DNA from: Octopus sinensis
Taxonomy: Eukaryota
Assembly (NCBI RefSeq): GCF_006345805.1
Contig: NC_043017.1
Span: forward strand, 29,636,001 to 29,700,000
Direction of reading: 5' to 3'
DNA: 64,000 nt
Shown: positions 53,230-64,000 of the stretch, one piece after another
How the letters are laid out: each line of letters begins with the position of its first letter
Numbering within the stretch: the first letter of the stretch is position 1
The notes under the pieces: model-generated
The model's database searches: none
What the model was told of the DNA's origin: nothing
The model's input: the letters and a program-made list of their open reading frames with translations, nothing else
Translations under genes and position numbers: made by a program

Positions 53230-53675
53230 TATGTGGCTGTGGAGAAAAGAGTCTGACTTTGCAAATAAGTGATTTCGGCAAATTAGCTAAATATCTTACT
53301 ACGCACGCACGGTGATCAATGCTAGTAAGAATTAATTTGGTCAACGGAAACGATGTGGATGCTCGTAATATACGTGTGCGTGTGTGTGTGTGTATGTTTG
53401 TGGGTTGTGGTGTGAATGTGTTTGTCGGTGGGTGTGTAACTGCTTTTGTGTTTGTGCTCCCACCTCATGACAACCGGTGCTGGTTTCTTTACGTCTCTAT
53501 CAGTTAGATGTTCAGCAAAGAGACCGATTGAATGGTAACGGGATAATTAAATATATATATATATATATATTTCATTAAGAACTGGGGTCATTGTGCTCGA
53601 ATAAACCCGTCAAAGGAAGTGCTCCAGCATGGCCGCAGCCCAGTGACTGAAACACGTATTAGATAAAAGATAAAA
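53230..53675 (+). mobile_element. Highly degenerate SINE family A
   Basis: 'gtggctgtgga', 'gacaaccggtgctgg', 'gtgctccagcatggccgcagcccagtgactgaaac'. Confidence 0.65.
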
Positions 53676-54649
53676 GAGATCATAAAATAGGCCGGTACGA
53701 AGGTTTAAGGAATGCACATTTGCGATAATGACGATTCGTAATAAATGGAATAATTTTGAATATGGAGATACACATTCTGGCCTAGCCTTGGGTTAAACAA
53801 TATCCGCAACAAGAAAACATTTAGAAAAACAATAACACTCACACCTTCTATTTTCTCTGCAGTAGAAAGTCATGGTAACCATAGAGATATACAGCAGAAT
53901 TGAAAATATAAATATTAAAATATAATAAAATAATCGCAAAACAATTGTTTCAGGAACTATAAAAAAACATACAAAATTATACACGTACATACATACATCG
54001 ATAAATTAATACATATATATATATAATATACTTACATACACACACGCCTACAACCACACCTATATATATATATATATATATATGTATATTTATATATATA
54101 TGTGTATGTATGTATATATATATATATATTATATATATATATATATATGTATGTATACGTTTGTATGCATATATAATATATATATATATATACAAACAAT
54201 TAAAATAAAGTTGGGAAAGCAACATTGTAACCATCAATATCAGCGTCATCACCACCATCAACACCACTACCACTAGCAGCACCACTCCCGCAAAAACACC
54301 CTTACCACCACCCATACCATTACCAGTACCATCGCCATCATCACTATGTAAATAAATAAATGAATAAATTCTGTGTATAAATTGTTCAAACGATTATTTC
54401 GTTTGAACAGAAATGGCGTCTACTGAATTGTGTTGATATGTTTATAATGTAAAAGTAGGCTGAGATTGCTATCATTGCTATTTTATCCATTACATTCATT
54501 CATATACATACATATTAAATAACGATATCTAACTTTTCAAAATATAATTAGTAAAGGCTTTCGCTTGTGAACAGCTAAAATCTATCAATTTCCCTTTATA
54601 GTCCAACTTTTCTCTTCTGTGTAAGCACGCACAGAGACATACGCATAGA

Positions 54650-54925
54650 AACATACACAACACATACACTCACGGACACACACACACACATACACGTATA
54701 CACAAACATACACTCTCACACACACACACACAAATTCACGTGTATACATACACAAACACATACATAATATAAATATACACACACACACACACACATATAT
54801 CTATATACACAAATATACATATACACACGTATACATATATATACAAAAATATATACATATACTTATATATGTATATTCATATACATATATATGTATATAT
54901 ATGTATATTCATATACATATATATG

Positions 54926-54971
<46 letters not shown>

Positions 54972-55319
54972 ATATATATGTATACATATGTATATATAAT
55001 ATATCTATATATATATATATAATATTTATATAAACATATATACATGCATTTATGTATATATATGTATATCTATATTTTATAAATATTAAGTACAATTTTT
55101 ACATACATACATGCACACACTCATACACACAAGCACATATATATATACATACATATATACATATATATATATACATACGTTCATATATTATGTATATATA
55201 TAATATGTATATATATATATATATACATACGTTCATAATATATGTATATCATAAATATGTATATATATATATATATATATATACATACGTTCATATATAT
55301 ATGTATATATATAAATATG

Positions 55320-55376
<57 letters not shown>

Positions 55377-55442
55377 CATACATACATACATATATGTATA
55401 TATATAAATTCCTCTCTATATGCACATATATATATTTGTATA
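54650..55442. repeat. Compound (CA)n/(TA)n microsatellite
   Basis: Direct reading. Confidence 0.95.
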
Positions 55443-55727
55443 TGTGCAGGGAGTAGGGAGTGTGAGACGTACAGATAGTGGCGCGTTGTGATTTCATAAT
55501 GCCGCAACATATAGGCAAAATATTTCCATTGATGTTTCCGTAATTTTTCTCTACCCAACACTCATTTTATCTTTATTTAATGGCTCTTAAGAACGAGTGT
55601 TTCAAATCGGACAAGCAACAGATGAATCAGTATGTTTTCAATAGTTTCCTTTGTAGCCGCTATGTTAAAGTTAGGGAATATAAAAATCAGAAGTTTATAA
55701 TAAAGAAGGGAAGAGAGAAACGATGAT

Positions 55728-55766
<39 letters not shown>

Positions 55767-57994
55767 TGAAGAAAAGGGAGAAGGCGAAAGGGGCATACAG
55801 ACACCGAGAGACAGACAGGCAGAGAGAGAACGATATGGTTAAGGGGAAAGCGAAAAACAAAAGAAGGCAGAGAGCCGCAGAAATACGGAGAGAGATACAA
55901 AGAAAGATGTGAAATTGGGAGAGGAAAAGAATGAATAAGATCTGAAAATGTATTGCATATTATAATTTAAGGGAAATTTTATTGGTTAATATATTTACTT
56001 TATATTCCTCTTTTATTTGTAGAGATTTATGCTACTTTTAATGATTTTTAAAAGTAGTCTATCCGCATCTAAATGCATTTTAAGGGAAGCTAACACGGTT
56101 CCAGTGAAATGTATACATGTACTAGCATTCATAAAAATCACTAATATTTTATGTTGATTTAGCGTTTGACTGCGATTTTAGAGGGAATATAGGGAATACA
56201 CATACACGGTGAACAGATTGAACGCTATTTCGAGACGTAGCCATGTATATAAGTTAAGTTGTGTGACAGAGTAACATTAATTTACCCCTGCTCCGCATGC
56301 ACCGAAGAGAAAGATATGCACTTTGTACCCAATCTCGAGTCTTTTCTCAATTAGTTTATTCAACCGTCGAAGTTGGCTAAAAACCTGACTTCTCCTATTT
56401 GATGGGCGGGAATTCCTAACACTGAATTGGGAACATTCCAGATATCTCATCATGTACTACAGCTTCAGCGACAATATTAAGCCAAAGTTGAGATAATCTG
56501 ACCAGCGTATAACCATCTACTATCACGTAAAACGTTTCAACACTCAACACCTGTATTTTATGTACTGCGGAAAATTGTCACATCTGGTACAGTTTATTTC
56601 ATATACTGAATATGTATTGTATGTATGTAGTACGCGTTACGTGAGATGACAGCAATAAATATAATATATTTCTTTTCAGAGGAGGTTTGCAAATATAAGA
56701 TGTAATGCTTTAAAAGATATATATTTACAAAATGAAAATATATTGAAAGCAGACGCACAAAAGACAGAACTAAACACGAGCTTTCTTCTTAGTTAAGTGA
56801 ACTTTCTAGTGAGAAAGATATTCTATATATGATTAATTATCAGTTATGCAGACAAGAATATATTTCTAGAAAAAATAAAAAGCACACAGGGAAGATTTAT
56901 ATATAATTTGTATATCTGCATCTATATTTATTTCTCTCTTTCAATAAAAAATATATATATATAGTCTCTCACACTCACACACATATATATACACACACAC
57001 TCATGAAACTATAAATATTGCAACATATCCCACATGACTATTTGTACGCATTAGTACTTGTGATTGTGTGTATATTTGTGTGTGTGTATGTGCGGTTATA
57101 TGTGTGTATGCACGCGTGTTTCTGGATGTAAGTGTATATGCGTGTGCAAAGTTACAGACACAAACATTCATACTGAATACAAGATCTGTTTTAGCTTTAA
57201 ACCCTTTAACGCTGTTCTTGGTAATTTCTCATTTTATTGTATAATTTTCCAACAATTTGTTCCAGCATATATTACAGAAGCAAGAAACAAAATATGACAT
57301 CTCCGGTATAGGTCTGACCATTCATTTGAGGTTTTGAGCCTTAATCCTGCCGTAGAAAGACAAGCCAATGAAAAGGAGTCATAGGCAGAGAAAGGATGAA
57401 GGAGAAAGAGAGAAAAGGAAATAGAGAGAAATAGAGAGAGATAGAGAATGTGAGAAAAAGCATAGAATATTTGGACGGCAAATAAGGGAAAGGAGAATTC
57501 TGTCCATATAAGCATATTCCATTCATATTTGTAGAGTCAAGTGGCACGATTTGGAGCAAAACTTTTACACATATATTTCTGGTGGTTGTATAATATTTCC
57601 GTGATATTGGCAGGCGTAGAAATTGAAGCGAAAAACGAGAACCATTAATTTTTAAGAGACTGTCATGGATACCACTACAAACATACAACTGAGATTTTTT
57701 TAAATGAATATCAAGTTTGTGTTGCTTATTTTTGTATATATCGAATATATATTGTGAAGGGTAAAAGCTTGAATACAAGTATCTGAGAACATGTACAGGC
57801 CCATCTACTTCATTCATTTGAAAGATGAAAACTGCCCTTAAAATAGTTTCTTGCCTGACATTTATTTGATGCAGATAGGAACAAAGCGTATATGCAAAAC
57901 ATGTAATAGCTGAAGGATTTTTGAAATATAGTTCCACTGAATATTTCTCCGTTGGAAAAAAAAACACGTTTAAATCGATATTTATTCGTAGGTA

Positions 57995-58094
57995 NNNNNN
58001 NNNNNNNNNNNNNNNNNNNNNNNNNNNNNNNNNNNNNNNNNNNNNNNNNNNNNNNNNNNNNNNNNNNNNNNNNNNNNNNNNNNNNNNNNNNNNN
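57995..58094. other. Assembly gap (100 N, placeholder size)
   Basis: Run of exactly 100 n. Confidence 0.99.
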
Positions 58095-58257
58095 TATGAC
58101 TAAAAATTTTGCGTAAACAACATTAATAACGTAAATAGCAACGGTAACAGCAGCAGCAAGTGGAGGCGCAAAGTGTGAGTGCTTATTGAGCAAAAACACC
58201 TAATCTCAACGATGGTAGAGTAACGGGATTATTATATATATATATATATATATATAT

Positions 58258-58487
58258 AAAACTTCAATACCCATACATATCTTGCATCTATTTTCTTTCC
58301 TTCAACTCACTCTCTATTTTGTACCACATCAAAACTAACTCTGACTTAACTATCCTCTCACACCGTCTCCGATGAAGGAATATCATTACTAAATATCATA
58401 GAAACAGATGTAAGACCTACTATCTATAAATGCTCTAATATCTACACAGCCTTGGTTTTTTTTATCGTATTACACAAAAATATCCTT

Positions 58488-58490
<3 letters not shown>
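58258..58490 (+). mobile_element. Penelope-like fragment family F3 inserted in (TA)n, with a minimal hammerhead-like motif
   Basis: Flanked on both sides by (TA)n; GTCT-CCGATGA-A...GAAA-CAGATG-T-A-AGAC; related motif at 24425-24472. Confidence 0.55.
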
Positions 58491-58529
<39 letters not shown>

Positions 58530-58569
58530 GCCCATAAACCTATCTACACATACACTCATATCTAGACAC

Positions 58570-58760
58570 ATACAAACATAAAATATACATCCATGCCCAC
58601 ACAAACAGCAATCCAGCCAGCCATATTACTTACGTACGTACATACGTATATACATACATAAATACGTACATGCTTGCATATATACATACATAAATACAAA
58701 CACAAAATATACATCCATGCCCATACAAACAGCCAGCCATACTACTTACGTACGTACATA
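58570..58760. repeat. Local ~70-bp direct duplication
   Basis: 'aaaatatacatccatgccca.acaaacagc...cagccata.tacttacgtacgtacata' twice. Confidence 0.85.
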
Positions 58761-58795
<35 letters not shown>

Positions 58796-59512
58796 CATAA
58801 AAACGTACATATTTGCATATATACATACACAAATAAGTACATACTTGCATACATATATACGAACACACAGAGACATATGCAGTGAAATTTCTCATACATA
58901 GATGCAACACGATACAAGTACAGTACACTTGTATTTCACATATATCTACTGGACGGAAGCCACCAAGCCCACTGACTGTTGCCGCTGTCTATTTACAACT
59001 TAATTATAGCTAAATTAACGCAAACAATTGATACCATCTTCTGATAACATATTCTCGAACAGTGAAGATACTGACAGTTGAAAATATGAAAGAAATAAAG
59101 GAGGAATAAAAAGATAACTGATTCATATCTTGATTGAAATAATAATTCAATATATATTTTACTGATGGCTAACTAAATGGCAGAGAAGTTTAATTATAAG
59201 CTAAAATATGGATGAAATATAACAATAGAAATTCGAATCACTTGAAATACAACAAAGGAGAACTAAACGTGTAAAAGATTGAATCTTGAATAAAGAATTA
59301 ATTCTAGTTAATTTTCTCTCAATGCTAAATTTATTACTTCGGTTACGTTTGTATAGAATTTTTTTTTCAAAGATTCATTGTTTAAAATGAAATATTTGAA
59401 ACGATGTTGCAAACACTTAATCGCATCAATTCCGTTCCTGCTCGCAAGGAACTAAGTGTGCAGTTCAGTTATATCTTATTTGGATTGAGATTATTTGCCA
59501 GAATAACAGAAT

Positions 59513-59897
59513 AGGCGTAGCAGTGACTGTGTGGTAAGTTGATTGCTTACCAACCACATGGTTCCGGGTTCAGTCCCACTGCCTGGCACCTTGGGCAAGT
59601 GTCTTCTACTATAGCCTTGGTCTGACCAAAGCCTTGTGAGTGGATTTGGTAGACGGAAACTGAAAGAAGCCCTCCGTATATATGTATGTATATGTATGTG
59701 TGTTTGTGTGTCTGTGTTTGTCCCATCCAACATCGCTTGACAACCGATGCTGGTGTGTTTACGTCCCCGTAACTTAGCAAAAGAGACCGATAGAATAAGT
59801 AATAAGAATAATTCCTGGAGTCGATTTCCTCGACTAAAAGTGGTGCTCCAGCATGACGACAGTCAAATGACTGAAACAAATCAACAAGTAAAAGAAT
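59513..59897 (+). mobile_element. SINE family A, near full length
   Basis: aggcgtagcagtgactgtgtggtaag head through aatgactgaaac...gtaaaagaa tail. Confidence 0.9.
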
Positions 59898-60199
59898 ACT
59901 CTCTTGTCTCCTTATATCTTATTTTAGATCTAACAGCGGAGTTTCTATAGAACCGTTCAACGTTCTAGAAATTGTAGGCACATCTCCCTCAAATGGTAAA
60001 AGAATATTTCTTTCTCAAACCAACGTTCAGAACGCCTTGAATTCACTAAATGAAATTGAAAAATAAATCTGAAAATAAGGCGTCGCTCAAACTTCAAGAA
60101 ATGGTAAACATATCACCCTCAAGTCAGAGTCAGCATTCATCATTTCCAATGTTCCCAGTTTATTCCATAAATGGCCATGTCATCTTCATCATTATTATC

Positions 60200-60655
60200 A
60201 CGCGGCGTGCTGACAGAATCGTTAGCGCGCCGTACGAAATACTTAGCGCTATTTCGCCCGTCGTTCTTAGTTCAATTTCTTAGTTCAAATTCCGCCGATG
60301 TCGATTTCACTATTCATTCTTTCGGCGTCAATGAAACAAGTACCAGTTGAACACTGCAAGTCTATGTAATCGACTCATTCCCTTCCCTAAAATTCTGCTC
60401 CTGTGGCAAAATTTAAAACTATTATTGTTATCATGATAATGATTATCATTATTATTATTATTATTACTACAAAATGCCTAGCAGGATTTCTTCCGAATGT
60501 TTACGTTCTGAATTCAAATGCCTCAGAGGTTAACAATGCTTTTCATATTTCCTTGGTCAAGAAAATATGTACCAGTCAAGTACTTCAGATGCTGTAAACG
60601 ACATATCGCCTCATTCCTTCAAATTGCTGGCAGTATGCCAAAATTTGAAACCGTT
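60200..60655 (+). mobile_element. Two degenerate family B units
   Basis: 'gcggcgtgctgacagaatcgttagc...gttcaaattccgccga...aagtaccag' and a second decayed unit. Confidence 0.7.
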
Positions 60656-63239
60656 ATTATAATATTTCCATATTAAATTTCCATTTATTAGTCAATACTG
60701 CTTTCGGAATTATATTGACATAACTTCATATTCATGTGAGCGTGTAGTGTTGTACATCGTCTTTAGCAGTTAAAGAATATATCAGACGAAAGTAATATTA
60801 ACTAGGTGAAAAAGAACTTAGTAACAACAAAGGTTTGAGGATTATGATTATTATCCCTTAAAATGTCTCTTTCACCTGAAATTAAGCTACGAAATGTTTT
60901 GACTGCCTACTTATAGTTATGAACGACTGGTACGTTACCTGTCAGCTTAGTGAGTTAAATCAACAAGCAAAATATAGATCTGAAGCTTGAACGCTTTTTA
61001 AATAGTAAGTAATTTGAAGAACATCGTGTACTTTAGAAATGAATCGGCATAGATAAGCTCTAAATATGCTTATCTCAGACAAGAAATGTTGTTCTGAAGA
61101 AAATTCATCAAGTAAGTACTCCCATCTACTTTTGCAAATAAGGAAATTCCAAATACTGTCAATTTGGATGACATTGCGTTTTCAAGTGAAAGTGTTTAAC
61201 AAAACTAATTACTAATTTCGTTCAGAAAACATTCGGAAAAATCAGTTCATTGCTAAAAAAAAATAATAGAAAGGATATACCAAAAATTTCTGTATCATGT
61301 AATTGTTTTTAAATAGCACAAACTGAATAGTCGTAGAATTTGGATATATAACAAGTAGAATTAAAATGGCTCTCTCGAATTGTACATGATAATCTAAAAA
61401 CAACGTCTTTTGCGAAAATTCACAGTACAACATCTTAAGAAGAATAGAAACATACAAACTTATGTACTTCTTGTTATATTACATCTAGAGAACGAAACTC
61501 AAGAGGTTATTAAACCAGAGATGACTGCTGTTTAAGTAAAAGCGACAGTGAATAGGAATGATGTAAAATATTTCGAAATGATTGAAACATGTTCAATGTA
61601 AAGCGCAATTATTGAGGTACTTTGATTATTTGTTTATGACAAAAATGTTCTATGTTCACTGAGGGTAGATATTGTTTCTAATACAAGCACTATATTTTAT
61701 AATTATATATATGCGTGAGTAACGTGCTAATATCAATTCCAGTAAACAGGGGATTGAATTATTTCATTGTGGAAGGAATCCCCAGAGCTTGAGGAACTGG
61801 GTGCACGTACCATAAAAATTTGCAGTTTGGTAAAACAAAAAACAAAAGCCGAATTTGTAAAATCAAATCAAACGACCAACATTGAGTGTTGCATAATTGT
61901 GATGCACCTTCATGCTAGAAAATGCAAAATCCTTTTCAGAGAAAAGAAATGAATCCAGAAGCTTTGATGAAAGTCGGCAAAGGAGATTTAAAGAAAGTTC
62001 TGCAGCAGATAGATAATGGAATCAAATTACCTAGTTCATTGGCGCTTCTTTGTGAATATACCTATTAACGGAACAATATTCTTATAGAAAACCCTTTTTT
62101 ATGGAACAAATGTTGTTGCTATGTAAAATGATGCCTACATAAGAAAGGTCAAAACAACATTATAAATATCTTTTCTAATACGTGCGTGCATTTCTTACGT
62201 TTTCTTTCCAAGAACTTGCAATATTCATATACGGTATTTATGCAGGATAATCGAACATAAAGATAATGGCAAAGAAACCAGTAACTTTTTAATTCTTCCA
62301 TATAATAGTAACAAAGTAACATTCCATTTATTGCCTGCATGCTTGTAATAAAAAGCTATGGACTTTGTGTGAAAATACATTCAACGATCTTTTTACATTT
62401 ATTTTTTCATGAATAGAAGTGACGTCTTACAGAGATGAAAAGATCGTAAATATTAATGTAAAGGAATACAAATAAAACCACCTTACTTCGCCTTGCTAAT
62501 AGCGAAAAAACTATTTATGGCATTCACCGATTAGTTTGTTTGGAATTTAGCTAATAACGAGTTGAATCACAGCAGTGTTTCAGCAAGGAATAATTTGTAG
62601 TACAATATGAACAGTATGACAAATAAGTAGGCCTTTAGAGCGTAGCATATTACACACACACAGACACACGTATACTTCATAAAATATATAGATGTATGTA
62701 GATATGTGTGTGTGTGTCGATGTATTTGTTATATTTCTAGAAAGTTGATTATTGCTACAATGTTTTATCTCACGAATTGTCGGAGTACGCGAGGACTTCA
62801 AAGGACAATATTCGGAACATCACAAACGACATACTCTCTGATATAATAAATATATATTTTGCCCTACTATGTAACAAGATTGAAGTAAATATTGTATCCA
62901 AATATATAAATTTTTTCTCCATAAGTTATTTTACATATTGTCTGAGCCAGAAGACATTTTGCATCTATCTCATTACTCGTTCGGTTTTATGTTCTGTTAC
63001 CAACGTATCGTACACATTTTTCTTGTCATTGATCGATTTTTTGAGATCTGGACTGAGCAACTTGCAAGTCTAATATGTTGAGGCTACTCTTGGAATGAAG
63101 AATACTCTTGTAAGTGCCAGAAGTGTACTGATTTCCAACAGTCAACTGATCTAGGAATCATACTTGTACACGTCCGTATATGCAGCAGCTTCGACTTCCA
63201 CCATGTCGACCTTTTGTGTTAGCATCTGCAATGCTATTT

Positions 63240-63392
63240 GAAACAAACAGATGTATTAGTATAACGCCCAGGAATAGAAAAAGTCTTTTCCGTTTCGAGC
63301 CTACGCTCTACTACAGAAAGGGTCACAGAAAACAAGGAGAGAAACAACGAGAGAAAAAAATGTGTATAGTGGCTAACGATCTATCATGGCGT
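63240..63392 (-). mobile_element. Penelope-like fragment family F1
   Basis: 'aaacaaacagatgtattagt...gtttcgagcctacgctcta...acagaaaacaaggagag' homologous to the 36128 copy; abuts (TA)n. Confidence 0.6.
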
Positions 63393-63428
<36 letters not shown>

Positions 63429-64000
63429 CCTTGTGTTTCTATGCTTATGAGAGTAATTAAGTATATGTATGCGTGTTTGAACGCATATCTTTTCCCCTTT
63501 TAAAATTTCATCCATTACACCTCGGAAATAATAGATTTCTCCCTGGTGGATTTTAGTTGGTCATATCGGAGGAAGCCTAGTCTCTTTACCGAACCACTGA
63601 GCGACGTCAATGCAATAAGAAATCGATGGACGGACACACACTACGAAACGTACGTACCATAAGAAATACACACCTATAGAGACGCGTACACACACACACA
63701 CACAAATACACACATTTACGACTGGATTCTGTGCAGTTTTGTTAAATCAGATTCAATTATAAGCCACCGGTCTGCTCAAGACTCGTCCGCAGCATTAGAC
63801 TAAGACAGCAGACAACGGGTCTGAAACCAGTCTCATATGGTTGGGAATCATGCATCCTAAACACACATTGCTCTATACGCTTATTTAAATTGTATATGAC
63901 AGCACTGTGTCTCAATTTGGAAAGGATATGTAAGAAGAAAGCTCAAATTGAGTATTCATCTGGATTAGAACTCAGAAAAGGCATCTTAAAGGTGATGGTA

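Noticed and set aside
57810-58199. ORFs spanning the N-run
   Set aside because: Artefacts of translating through the gap

Overview
AT-rich eukaryotic non-coding DNA (intergenic or deep intronic), saturated with microsatellites and transposon remnants. The SINE families and (TA/CA)n load resemble an octopus/cephalopod genome; this is an inference from recall, not a database result. I recognise no intact host gene, rRNA, true tRNA gene or CRISPR array. Supported content: four tRNA-derived SINE families (A, B, E, M), many with target-site duplications (TSDs); six non-autonomous Helitrons in two subfamilies sharing one 3' end; two copies of a GG-terminated MITE (one with an 8-bp TSD); fossil LINEs (CR1, RTE with a 5' inversion, R4/Dong, probable Rex3-like); a decayed pogo/Tigger-type transposase; mini- and microsatellites; and a 100-N gap. 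The strongest hidden signal is about nine short motifs in several repeat families that fit a minimal type-I hammerhead ribozyme fold. Most have variant cores (U4C, A6U, U3:A8) and a 1-nt insertion after A9, with pairable stem I and a short, often palindromic stem III, as in Penelope-like elements. Also notable are several close inverted repeat pairs (possible dsRNA/ADAR substrates) and one unexplained ~218-codon open frame running into the gap.
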